A DNA stretch of 64,000 bases, taken from contig CAVQGX010000046.1 in the NCBI GenBank assembly GCA_963712115.1, forward strand, positions 32,001-96,000. The letters are read 5' to 3'. The notes beneath the pieces are model-generated. The model did no database searches, had not been told where the DNA came from, and saw only the letters and a list, made by a program, of their open reading frames with translations. Positions 28,990-38,320 of the stretch are shown here, one piece after another; the stretch's first letter is position 1, and each line of letters starts with the position of its first letter. A program made the translations under genes and the position numbers. Source of the stretch: an uncultured delta proteobacterium. Its GTDB lineage: Bacteria; Desulfobacterota; Syntrophobacteria; BM002.

Positions 28990-30720
28990 ATGGAAAAACT
29001 AATGTCGCCTCATAGACTCTGGCTATTCATCCTACTTCTAGTTCTGCTCTCCTGTACTCGTGAACGAATGACCGTCACAGGGGCTGAGCGCTTGTACGGC
29101 AAGAATAAGGTACAAGATACCAATTACGTCTGGAAGGAGATTCAAGGGGATGGCTATCGGGTTATTTATCCGGAACAGTTGAGAAGGCGAGCCCTCGACG
29201 TGGCCCATATTTATGGAGCCCACCTTGGACGTATCAGCCAAGATCTGGATCTCCCCTTTGACAAGACCATTCCCGTATTTATTTACCCTTCCCAGAAAGA
29301 GTATGAGACCACGAACATTGTAACTGGGTTAGTAAGAGGAAGCGGCGGTTTCACTGAATTTTTTAAAGAGAGAGTTGTATTTCCCGTAGCAAGCAATGAT
29401 AAACGTCTGCAGCGGTTGGCTCTGCACGAGATCACCCACGCTGTCCAACTCAGGTACCTCCTAGACGGTCCTTACCGCTCACTGCAGATCATCCTCACCG
29501 GTGTGCTCTCGCCTCTGTGGTTCATGGAAGGGGTTGCTCAATATGAATCTAATTCTTGGGACTCTACCACTGCCATGTATGTTCGGGATGCGGTCATGGA
29601 TCATAGACTCATTCCCCTTAACCAATTGCGAGGTTTTAGCCATTTGCCCCCCCACCAGATACGTCTGGCCTACTACCAGAGTGATCTTTTCATTCAGTTT
29701 CTGGTTGACACCTATGGCCAAGATACCATCCCCCGTCTCCTCCGGCTGATAAAAAATAAGCTTAACCTTCGCAGCGCTCTCCATCAGGTTACCGGCAAGG
29801 ATCCCAATCACCTGGAGTGGGCTTGGCGAGAATATGCCAATAGTCGGCTCCGCGTGGGCGGAGAGGGGTGGCAAGATCCATTTAACCAAGTCCAGCTTCT
29901 CACCGCCAATAAGGGCTGGAATCTTTTTCCTACCTATAGTCCCGACGGCAGCAGAATTGCTTTCTTATCCGATTGGGAAAATGAATCATTCGAGTTTTCC
30001 CTTTACCTATTGGAAAGGTCAACCGGTCGGCTCACCAGGCTGCAAGAACGGTATTTGTACCCTGCTCCTTTGGGCTGGTCTCACGATGGCACCCGGCTGG
30101 TATTTGTCAGTGATCAAGATAACCGCAGCGATCTTTTTCTTTACGATGTGGACCGGAAAAAGGCAAAACCTATCAAGCAGGACATTAGAGTAAATAACTT
30201 TCCAGCTTTTCTCCCAGGAGATGTGGAGGTGGGATTCGTTGCAACAGTTGATGGTTTTGCCGATATCTATAAAATCAACCTGGAGAATGGCAAGCTCACA
30301 CCTTTGACCCAGACCACAAACGACGAAGCCTATCCCCATTGGTCTAAAGATGGCAATTTTTTAATATTCTCCAGAGAGTACCAGATGCAATTCGATCTGG
30401 TACTCAAAGATCTTTTAAGCGGCAAAGAAACCCGCCTTACCAACACGGCACAAGATGAAATATGGCCGTTTTTCCTGCCTGAGGCCAAGGCAATCCTCTT
30501 CGTCTCCGACGAGACTGGCATCTTCAATCTCCACCTCCTGGATCTGCAGAGCGGTGCCATTCACCGTCTGTCCGAAGTGATAGGTGGAACATTCTCCCCC
30601 CGGGTCAGCCCTGATGGAAAACGCTTGCTCTTCAGTTATTTTCGCCACGGACAATACAAGATTTTTGAAGGTACCATGTTGCCATGGGAGACGGGAGTCG
30701 CAAATGGTAGCAGGCCTTGA
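28990..30720 (+). CDS. Lipoprotein with a peptidase-MA-like (HExxH) domain and TolB/PD40 propeller
   Basis: Lipobox LLSC; LHEITHAVQ...PLWFMEGVAQY; repeated PxxSPDGxxxxF. Confidence 0.85.
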   Translation: MEKLMSPHRLWLFILLLVLLSCTRERMTVTGAERLYGKNKVQDTNYVWKEIQGDGYRVIYPEQLRRRALDVAHIYGAHLGRISQDLDLPFDKTIPVFIYPSQKEYETTNIVTGLVRGSGGFTEFFKERVVFPVASNDKRLQRLALHEITHAVQLRYLLDGPYRSLQIILTGVLSPLWFMEGVAQYESNSWDSTTAMYVRDAVMDHRLIPLNQLRGFSHLPPHQIRLAYYQSDLFIQFLVDTYGQDTIPRLLRLIKNKLNLRSALHQVTGKDPNHLEWAWREYANSRLRVGGEGWQDPFNQVQLLTANKGWNLFPTYSPDGSRIAFLSDWENESFEFSLYLLERSTGRLTRLQERYLYPAPLGWSHDGTRLVFVSDQDNRSDLFLYDVDRKKAKPIKQDIRVNNFPAFLPGDVEVGFVATVDGFADIYKINLENGKLTPLTQTTNDEAYPHWSKDGNFLIFSREYQMQFDLVLKDLLSGKETRLTNTAQDEIWPFFLPEAKAILFVSDETGIFNLHLLDLQSGAIHRLSEVIGGTFSPRVSPDGKRLLFSYFRHGQYKIFEGTMLPWETGVANGSRP

Positions 30721-31867
30721 TGGTTGCCGGGCAAAAACCGGCAAGATTCAGGTGACAAAGCCATTTGGGCCGCGCAGACTATTGTTTTTTGTGCTGGTGG
30801 CCCTTCTCCCCTTTTTCTTAGTCTTGCCCTGCCAGGCCGAAACCTTTAAAGAGCAAGACTACCGTGACAGCTTTTCCACTGACTTCTTTTTTCCTTACCT
30901 CGACTACAACGAAAAGGATGGAATCATTCCCGGTGTGGATTGGCAGGCCAGCAATTACACCGGAGACCATGTACTTAGCTTCCGTGGTGGCATCGGGACA
31001 AAAAGTGGCAAGGAGCAACTGTTGGCAGGCTACACTTACCTCGGTTGGTATCCCGCTGTTGGCTTAAACCTCTTCGATAAAAACACTTTTTTCGGTGACC
31101 TAAAGGACACAGGCAACGATAAGGATGACTGGCGCAGAGAGGTTGGTGGCAGTCTTACTTTTAGCTTTCCTCTCGATTTGTACCACAGGATAGTTCCCGG
31201 CTATGAAATTGCATGGGTGGATTTGCCTGATGAATGGCAGCGGCTCAATGGTCTCATTCTCAGTTTGGTCCGTGATACTGCCGATTATTACCTCATGGAG
31301 ATTATTTCCGGCAGTCAAGTGAATCTCACCGCAAAATATGGTAACCAGGCCCTGGGAAGTGAGAGCACCTTTCAAAGTTATGCCGGAGATCTGTGGCATT
31401 ACGCCAACCTGGACCTGGAGGAATATTTTGGAGCCGGTCAACGGCTGGTAACATCATTGCGGATCCATGGTGGGGTTAAAAAGGATGATCCCAGATTGTT
31501 TGTTTTGGGAGGCGAGACTAGTCTGCGAGGCTACGACTTCAACGAGTTTTCTGGTGAGAAGATGTGGGCTGCCAGTCTAGAACTGCGCTATCCCTTCTTG
31601 GTCATAGACCGCACTACCACCGCTTGGGATCTCTTTCATTTTCACCAGCTGCTCGGTGTTGCTTTTGTGGACAGTGGTCAAATCTGGCGAGACTATAACG
31701 ATAGTAGCTCCATATCCGGTGCGGAAGTCGGCGTGGGTGGTGGAGTCCGACTGCAAATGTTCGTATTTGGCAAAATTCCCTTTGAGGTAGGTTTTGACCT
31801 TGGACAGAGCGTAACTGACCGCGACCGCAATCCAAAAGTCTATTTGATTTTGAGGCTGGGAGCTTAA
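30704..31867 (+). CDS. Omp85 (BamA/TamA-like) beta-barrel without POTRA domains
   Basis: Signal peptide; LGGETSLRGYD loop-6 motif, ASLELRYP, AFVDSGQIW, VGVGGGVR. ATG at 30704 follows GGGAG. Confidence 0.8.
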   Translation: MVAGLDGCRAKTGKIQVTKPFGPRRLLFFVLVALLPFFLVLPCQAETFKEQDYRDSFSTDFFFPYLDYNEKDGIIPGVDWQASNYTGDHVLSFRGGIGTKSGKEQLLAGYTYLGWYPAVGLNLFDKNTFFGDLKDTGNDKDDWRREVGGSLTFSFPLDLYHRIVPGYEIAWVDLPDEWQRLNGLILSLVRDTADYYLMEIISGSQVNLTAKYGNQALGSESTFQSYAGDLWHYANLDLEEYFGAGQRLVTSLRIHGGVKKDDPRLFVLGGETSLRGYDFNEFSGEKMWAASLELRYPFLVIDRTTTAWDLFHFHQLLGVAFVDSGQIWRDYNDSSSISGAEVGVGGGVRLQMFVFGKIPFEVGFDLGQSVTDRDRNPKVYLILRLGA

Positions 31868-31878
31868 GGATTAACTGA

Positions 31879-31995
31879 GGATTGCTGATTTTAGATTGTA
31901 GATTTCAGATTTACCCATTGTGCATTCGCGGAATGATGAAATTCCGAAATACTCAATCTGCAATCTGCAATCTTAACTCTTAAATTTTAAATACC
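31879..31995. repeat. Dispersed MITE-like element with 7-mer arms (copy related to 40961-41050)
   Basis: agattgtagatttcagatttacccattgtgc...atgaaattccgaaatactcaatctgcaatc matches 40976-41048. Confidence 0.75.
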
Positions 31996-32024
31996 GTTAC
32001 TCCAGAAAGTACAAGAAATAGCCT

Positions 32025-33671
32025 ATGAAACTTCTTTGTTGGCAAGGCTCACCGGGCAAAGCACCTCTGATCCTTTTAATACTAGTCTGTTTACTCCTGA
32101 TTACGCTCAGTACCGGGAGAGCCACAGCTGGAGAGAATAATCCAAAGATAATCATTCTCGAATTTCACGGTTTGAAGAGAGAAATTCTGGCTGAAAGCTT
32201 AGAGGATCTGCCTAATTTCCGGGAAATTATTAAGGGGGTCAATGACGACCAGGCTTATGTCTATCTACCCCAAGTCTTTACCACCATTCCCGCTGCCTCC
32301 CAGCCAGCTGTAACCTCCATGTACACCGGACTTTATCCTCAACGCACCGGGGTGGTTTCTACTATTTGGTTTGACCGAGCCACCTACCAAATCCGCACTC
32401 TCATCTCCTATTCACAAGACAGGATCAACAACATTTTAAAGGCTGGGGAGGTCAAGTCCCTGTTTGACTACGTCGGTCAATCAGGCAAACGATCCATGAC
32501 CACTATGCTCATGCTCACCAAAGGGGCTAATTGGTCAATTAAATCCGGCATGTTTTTCTGGGGTAATGCTTCTGTTCTTAATGCTTTTCGCCATGGTAAA
32601 TGGGTTCCTAACAGCCATTACGTGGACAACAAAACCCTCGACGGTTTTCTCACTGGCCATGTATCGGCTTATAGGAGAAGTCTTGCAGGTATCTACCAAT
32701 ATGACCATCTGATCCCAGATGTAATGGTAGTCCAACTGTTGGGTACTGACCTGTTTTCCCATTATCCCGTGGGTGATTTCAAAGAACGTCAGGCTTCCAT
32801 GAACGAAATCCAGAAGCATTACGTTCAAACCGTACTGGATCCGCTCATGGGCAGGTTGATCAGTGCTCTAAAAGAGTTGGGAACCTATGAGGACACCATT
32901 TTTATCCTGGCTTCGGAACACGGGTCCATCCGCATCCAAAAACATATTCCCGATAACACCTTAGCTCATAGTCTCCGCCACCATTTCAAGCTGCCAAATT
33001 GGTTAAGAAGCAACAGTCGGGCGGATGCTGTCATCATGCTAGGGGCTTGCACCAAAGAGGTGTACCTCAAGAACCGGCAAACCGGCAAATGGATGGATCC
33101 ACCCCGAATGCTGGCAGATGTCAAGCCGGCGGTGGATCTTATCCTGGCCAACCCGGAGGTGAAAACCTCTATGAAGGCAATGGTTGTACGCCAGTATCCT
33201 GGTGAACGGCACGAGGGTTTGGCAGAGAAAGACCAGTGGTGGTTCTTTGACTGGCAAGCATATCAGGCGGCCGGCGGCGAAGCTATTGCATTCCGTCAGG
33301 CCTTGCGGCCTCTAAGTGAACTGGCAGATAACTTTGAATTGGGCCAATATCTGCTTCAGGGGCTCAGAAGACAATACACCAGAGAGACGGCTCCGGACAT
33401 AAAGCTGATCAACAAGAAAGGATATTATTTCGAGCGTGACTTCGACAAGTATGGACATCACGGCAGTTACTATCCCGACGACTGCATCGTGTCGTTCTGG
33501 GTGGCAGGACCCGGACTGTCGCCAGTTGTCCCCGGCCAACATATCTATGAGGCTCATGCTTCAACATTGGACCTGGTTCCCATGGTAACTCACCTATTGG
33601 GAATACCCATACCTGAAGGGCTAGACGGATCTAATCCCCTGGCAAACTTGCAGACCAATACTGATCAATAA
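32025..33671 (+). CDS. Exported alkaline phosphatase superfamily (phosphodiesterase/NPP-like) protein
   Basis: ILEFHGL, PAASQP..SMYTGLYP, TDLFSH, LASEHG, HHGS, TLDLVP. Confidence 0.75.
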   Translation: MKLLCWQGSPGKAPLILLILVCLLLITLSTGRATAGENNPKIIILEFHGLKREILAESLEDLPNFREIIKGVNDDQAYVYLPQVFTTIPAASQPAVTSMYTGLYPQRTGVVSTIWFDRATYQIRTLISYSQDRINNILKAGEVKSLFDYVGQSGKRSMTTMLMLTKGANWSIKSGMFFWGNASVLNAFRHGKWVPNSHYVDNKTLDGFLTGHVSAYRRSLAGIYQYDHLIPDVMVVQLLGTDLFSHYPVGDFKERQASMNEIQKHYVQTVLDPLMGRLISALKELGTYEDTIFILASEHGSIRIQKHIPDNTLAHSLRHHFKLPNWLRSNSRADAVIMLGACTKEVYLKNRQTGKWMDPPRMLADVKPAVDLILANPEVKTSMKAMVVRQYPGERHEGLAEKDQWWFFDWQAYQAAGGEAIAFRQALRPLSELADNFELGQYLLQGLRRQYTRETAPDIKLINKKGYYFERDFDKYGHHGSYYPDDCIVSFWVAGPGLSPVVPGQHIYEAHASTLDLVPMVTHLLGIPIPEGLDGSNPLANLQTNTDQ

Positions 33672-33674
33672 GTT

Positions 33675-33802
33675 AGGTGTTCAGGTGTCAGATAATGCCC
33701 TCATGTTTGCTCTCCTGGCACCTGACACCCGAAACCAGACACCTTATTGATTGGAATTTGCGCCATGCGCTATGCTCTACCTGTCCTGAGCCTGTCGAAG
33801 GG
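33675..33802. repeat. Composite repeat: 7-mer CTGACAC inverted array + TATGCNC units + GTCCTGAGCCTGTCGAAGG REP-like motif
   Basis: ggtgttcaggtgtcag ... ctggcac-ctgacac-ccgaaac-cagacac; cgccatgcgctatgctct; ctgtcctgagcctgtcgaaggg. Confidence 0.7.
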
Positions 33803-33842
33803 CAGATGATGCCTTGCTGGTGGATCAGGGCACCATCGTTAT

Positions 33843-33871
33843 TTGACATAAAGCCCTGGCGTTTCTATAAT
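33843..33871 (+). promoter_or_regulatory. Perfect-consensus sigma70 promoter
   Basis: TTGACA (33843-48), 17-nt spacer, TATAAT (33866-71); 50 nt upstream of the ATG at 33922, which has an AAGGAG RBS. Confidence 0.8.
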
Positions 33872-33921
33872 CTGCAGCCAATCTCTTAATGGCTATCACT
33901 AAAAAATAAGGAGACCAATCC

Positions 33922-34788
33922 ATGGGCAACAGGATAGGGTTATCTGCCTTCGTCGTTATCTTGACACTTCTGGTAAGTGGAGGGATATCAAATCTTTCGG
34001 CCCAGTCAACCACTTGGGCGGAAAATCCTTTACTCGACTGGGAAAGAGACAATCTCCAGGCCTTCGACAGAAACAATTACGACAAAGTTATCGACATGGC
34101 GCAAAACCAAGCAAATGATCCCAACGGCAATGCTTTTCTCTTCATCTACTATGGCCATGCCCAGAAATACTATTTGGAGCGCAACCGAACGTCTGCCGTT
34201 TACTACAAGCAACAATATCACATGACCCTAAATCGACTTTCAGGGGCCAATCTGGCCGTGCTGACAAGATTAATTGCCATGCCCCAGACGTCCTGGAATA
34301 AGAAAATTAACAATCAGTTTTTGGATGCAGCATTCGAAAAAGCAGCCACCATGGAGTATCTGGGTGCCGTCCTTTTCTATCTAGAGAGCCCGAATCCGGA
34401 TGTGGCCAAAGGTGCAATTGGAGGTCTGAAGGCCATTTTACAGGAGAAGCGTAACATAGTCATGAACGGCGGCACTCTGAGCAGTTCTGACCGGGCCTGG
34501 ATGAGCGACAACCGCCTGTTGCAGCTGCTGGTCAAAAAGGCAGGTGAAACCTCCAGCCCTGCTACCGGTTTCATCTCGAAGATTCCAGCCTTTGCCCGTC
34601 AAAAGGTACTGGGCGGTGCCCCTGCTTGCTTAGCCCTAATTGAAGACCCGGCTTTGCCCATGTTGCGCCAGGCTGCCACCATGGGTAATGCCAGCGCAGC
34701 TGCTGTAATCCAATTAATTCAAGATGCCAGGGGCGCCCGTCTTGCCAAGTACGCCAATAGTACCTGGTACAGCGCCACAGGCCCCTAG
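33922..34788 (+). CDS. Exported hypothetical protein (helical, possibly HEAT-like)
   Basis: Signal peptide, RBS and promoter present; no recognisable family motif. Confidence 0.7.
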   Translation: MGNRIGLSAFVVILTLLVSGGISNLSAQSTTWAENPLLDWERDNLQAFDRNNYDKVIDMAQNQANDPNGNAFLFIYYGHAQKYYLERNRTSAVYYKQQYHMTLNRLSGANLAVLTRLIAMPQTSWNKKINNQFLDAAFEKAATMEYLGAVLFYLESPNPDVAKGAIGGLKAILQEKRNIVMNGGTLSSSDRAWMSDNRLLQLLVKKAGETSSPATGFISKIPAFARQKVLGGAPACLALIEDPALPMLRQAATMGNASAAAVIQLIQDARGARLAKYANSTWYSATGP

Positions 34789-34980
34789 CCTGGATGAACC
34801 TTTTTCCTTGTGGATTTGCCGTCTACAATGGTGAGTATCTTGTGAGGCCAGGATGAGCTTATAACCCAGAAGAGACAGCAGAAGATCATTTTCATTGCTA
34901 AATCACCCACAACTTTGCAATGGGCTGAATCCGCAGCTACAAGGCAAACATTTTTGGGGAAACTCCTGGTTAGATAATAC

Positions 34981-35000
34981 TTTTCATCTTTAGATGAAAA
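34981..35000. promoter_or_regulatory. Perfect palindrome, candidate operator
   Basis: TTTTCATCT-TT-AGATGAAAA in an AT-rich intergenic region. Confidence 0.45.
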
Positions 35001-35047
35001 TGTTATAAATATATTTCAACAATTTGTTGTAATAATTAATTGATTTC

Positions 35048-35120
35048 GGTCTGATCTGAATTGTCCTCTCGGCAGGGATTGCACCGCAAGAATTCTATTG
35101 CCTTGGATAACAATCAGACC
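35048..35120 (+). ncRNA. Candidate structured leader RNA (long irregular hairpin)
   Basis: Nested pairings ggtctgat/atcagacc, ttgtcc/ggataa and ggcag/ttgcc, ending just before the GAGGAGG upstream of ORF 35144. Confidence 0.35.
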
Positions 35121-35143
35121 CAGATGAGGAGGCAGGGGAATTA

Positions 35144-35338
35144 ATGCCTACGCCCGCTAAGGAATTACAGAAAGAGCTCAGATACGGTAACGTAACTGCC
35201 CATAGATACTTTGACTGCCCCCACTACCAGAAGTGCCTAGAGGAGGCGGTGAAGAAGTACTGGGTGAGCTTTTCATGCCGCAATTGCCCAGAATTTAAAG
35301 AGTATAAAAAAACACAAGGCGCCACAAAGGTGCGCTAG
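35144..35338 (+). CDS. Small Cys-rich hypothetical protein (possible Zn/Fe-S binding)
   Basis: C-x5-C-x13-C-x2-C (DCPHYQKC...SCRNC); purine-rich RBS. Confidence 0.65.
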   Translation: MPTPAKELQKELRYGNVTAHRYFDCPHYQKCLEEAVKKYWVSFSCRNCPEFKEYKKTQGATKVR

Positions 35339-35638
35339 TAATGGGCCCTCGCCCCCGGACGCGTTTTAGCCGGGGCTAACGACTCTCCGTTCGAAGACTA
35401 TATCTCCACAACCAAACTAGCCCTCCGAGGAATTAGAGGGGATAATTGACGTGAGATGGCAGATGATGACAAAGACTGTCAGAAATCGCAACCAAACCTT
35501 TCTAGTTAGCTTTGTGAGCCGGCATTTGTAGCAGAAAACAAAAATATTCTATAAGTATGTGCCATTTCAAGCATTATCATTGTGACCCAAGAGATTATCA
35601 TGGGTAATTTAAACGCTTTGGTGCAGTCTTTAGGGCTA

Positions 35639-35655
35639 TTGGCACTGATATTGCT
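35639..35655 (+). promoter_or_regulatory. Sigma54 promoter of the pilin gene
   Basis: TTGGCAC-TGATA-TTGCT matches TGGCAC-N5-TTGCW. Confidence 0.8.
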
Positions 35656-35772
35656 AGATCACCATGATTGAAAGACCGGTGGATAGGTCTTTTGCCCTGG
35701 TTCCATATAGGTCGGGCGTATACTATAGGACACCGAAACCGAATGATTTTGTTCCAGCAGGAGGAAACGGAT

Positions 35773-36192
35773 ATGCGCTGCAAGATAACCCCTTTCCCCA
35801 TCTCCAATAAAAAAGGCTTCACTCTAATCGAGCTGTTGATGGTTATTGCTATCTTAGGAGTGCTCTCCACCATCGCAATCAAGACTGTCCAGGAAGAAAG
35901 GATGAAGGCCAACGACGCCCAAACCATATCTTTCATGCGAAATTTGTTGACCAGAGCCGAAACTGATTTGCCCACGTTCGTGGGAACGGTACCTGGCGGA
36001 ACATCCCCACCTGGTTATCCGGAGATCAGCTTAAATTCCGGAATGACTTTGACGGTCCTTTATGATGCTGACCTGGATGGTGCTAACAGATGGGACTTTT
36101 ATTTGGCCCACGAGGGGGGAAAACTGGGTTTCTACTTTTGGCTTCCCAGCGATGAATGCCCCTACGACCTGAAGCCAGCGGTTGGCTCCTGA
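35773..36192 (+). CDS. Type IV pilin-like protein (prepilin cleavage/methylation motif)
   Basis: KKG|FTLIELLMVIAILGVL; ATG at 35773 follows GGAGG. Confidence 0.85.
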   Translation: MRCKITPFPISNKKGFTLIELLMVIAILGVLSTIAIKTVQEERMKANDAQTISFMRNLLTRAETDLPTFVGTVPGGTSPPGYPEISLNSGMTLTVLYDADLDGANRWDFYLAHEGGKLGFYFWLPSDECPYDLKPAVGS

Positions 36193-36567
36193 TCCAGCCA
36201 TACCATCCGATAAATTGGTGCCGACCTTTGATTCACGGAATGATTACGACGTAGCAGGATATCGCGCCTTGGCGGGGATATAAGACAAGTCAAGGCACCA
36301 TTTGTCCCCTGTGGGAGAAACCGAAACGGCTCGGAAGAATCCGGATTGCTCTCTATTTTCTCTGTCCAAGACAGCCCTAGCCTGTTTTCCCTTTTCTTAG
36401 TGAGTAGATCGTTTTTCTTTCAGCTTTGCCAGACAAATAACACATTTCTTTTTCTACTAGCCATTTCGGCTTGCATATTTCTTGCATATAAGATATAGAC
36501 AATTATCCACTGTGAAATCAAACTGTTCCAAGATTATGCTGAACACAATATCACCGGGGGGTGACGG

Positions 36568-37386
36568 ATGAAAGACAAGAAAATCATAATTCTTGCCGTC
36601 ATTCTATTGGCGCTGGTAGGTTACTACGTCTGGTACGCCAACAAGACCAAGGTTGTGGAACGTCCATCCAGCGCAGTTCAAAGGGCGGAGCGTAACCCTC
36701 AGATAGCACTCTTAAGACAAGTGAACAAGGCAATCTTAGCCCATAAAAAAGATAAGGGGAATGTACCCAAAAGCCTGGATGAGCTCAAAGGTAAATACCT
36801 CGATCCCAAGACTATCCAAGAGGCAAATGATAGAGAGTTTGAGTATCAGTACGTCAATGCTCAGGCTTACCGTCTGATTGCCCCGAAAACCAGCGGAGCA
36901 GTCAGGGTTGCGGCCAAGAAACCTGGGGGCAAGAAAGAGCCGGCAGGGGCCGCCTCCTCTGCGGCGAGTGCATCACCGGCTGCCACCACAGTACTTTCTA
37001 CCACCGACACCGGGTGGAAATATGATCCCACTGGCAAGCCTGATCCTTTCAAACCCTTCATCCTGGCCAGCGCAGCCACAGAGGAAGCCCCTACCGTGGT
37101 TCGCCGTCAGCTTACACCACTTCAGAAAATGCCCCTGAGTGAGATCCAAGCCGGTCTCAAGGCGATCATCTGGGGGCAGCTAGGCAACAAGGCTTTAGTG
37201 GAAGACGCCACCGGTAAGGGATACGTGGTTCAGGAGGGGACTTACGTTGGTCAGCACGACGGCATAGTCAAAAAGATATACCAAGACAGGATAATTGTTG
37301 AGGAGTACAGACGAGACCCCGCTAAAGGTCAATTGGAGCCAACTGAGGTAGTTCTGAAGCTGAAGAAGGTCGAGGCCGAAGAATAA
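36568..37386 (+). CDS. PilP-domain protein with N-terminal membrane anchor and pseudopilin-like domain
   Basis: C-terminal YDPTGKPDPFKPF, LTPLQK, ALVEDATGKGYVVQEGTYVG..DG.V are PilP-like. Confidence 0.75.
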   Translation: MKDKKIIILAVILLALVGYYVWYANKTKVVERPSSAVQRAERNPQIALLRQVNKAILAHKKDKGNVPKSLDELKGKYLDPKTIQEANDREFEYQYVNAQAYRLIAPKTSGAVRVAAKKPGGKKEPAGAASSAASASPAATTVLSTTDTGWKYDPTGKPDPFKPFILASAATEEAPTVVRRQLTPLQKMPLSEIQAGLKAIIWGQLGNKALVEDATGKGYVVQEGTYVGQHDGIVKKIYQDRIIVEEYRRDPAKGQLEPTEVVLKLKKVEAEE

Positions 37387-37795
37387 GCCAGCTTAATCAG
37401 TTCCATTAATAAGCAAAACTCTCCTTTATTACGCTCCAAAGAGCGCATTCATAGCCCCAACCAGCTGTGAATCCGAACACCCTTCCGAGATGACACCCTA
37501 AAATTGTGCGATAATTTGCCAGCATGGACCAAAGAAGTTAATTCCCCTAGCCAGTCCTCTTCCTGGTGATAACTGATTTTATTTTCATCCAGTGGAATTC
37601 TTTGTGCTAAAATTAACATGTTTTAGCTTGCCTGGATACTCCATGAATTGTCTTCCCGAGGCATGTTCGCAGTCACGCCAGGGCGTCAATTCATGAAATA
37701 TCCGGACTAGACTTGAAATGTGTACCCTGAGATGTTAAAGGCAGGTTGTACGAAGACGGAAAAGACTTGTGGCGCTTTGCAACGACGGGGTAGAT

Positions 37796-38320
37796 ATGAC
37801 AGCTTCCGACTTGGATCACGAAGAACGGGCACTGATCCAAGAGATTACAGCCTTGCTGCCCGGATTCGAAAAACACAGGGGAAACCTCATTCCCATTCTC
37901 CAGTCCATCCAAGAGAAACATTCTTTTCTTGCCTCCATCGCCATGGAAATGGTGGCAAGTCATCTAAACATCACTCCCAGCGAAGTTTATGGAGTAGCTA
38001 CGTTTTACAATCAGTTTCGCTTTCACCCCCCGGGCAGGAACCAGATAAAGGTTTGTCTTGGTACCGCCTGCCACGTAGCCGGAGGCGACATTATTCTGGA
38101 AAACTTCGAACGAAAACTGGGGATAAAGGACGGAGAGACCACTGCCGACCGTGAATACAGTATCGAAAGAGTGGCTTGTGTAGGATGCTGCGCCCTAGCA
38201 CCCGTCGCCGTGGTTAATGACAATGTTCAGGGACATATGCAACCGAGCAAGGTTGAGGGTATATTCGTACAATTCCAGATTGAGCGAGAACGGGAAGAAA
38301 GGGATAAAGCGAGTGAGTGA
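37796..38320 (+). CDS. NuoE/HoxE/HydC-like [2Fe-2S] subunit
   Basis: GVATFYNQF, VCLGTACHV, VACVGCCALAP. Confidence 0.92.
   Translation: MTASDLDHEERALIQEITALLPGFEKHRGNLIPILQSIQEKHSFLASIAMEMVASHLNITPSEVYGVATFYNQFRFHPPGRNQIKVCLGTACHVAGGDIILENFERKLGIKDGETTADREYSIERVACVGCCALAPVAVVNDNVQGHMQPSKVEGIFVQFQIEREREERDKASE

Noticed and set aside
36190-36192. Selenocysteine readthrough at TGA stops (pilin; SRPBCC upstream frame)
   Set aside because: The pilin frame stops again within a few codons, the SRPBCC domain is in a different frame, and neither TGA is in a Cys-motif context.
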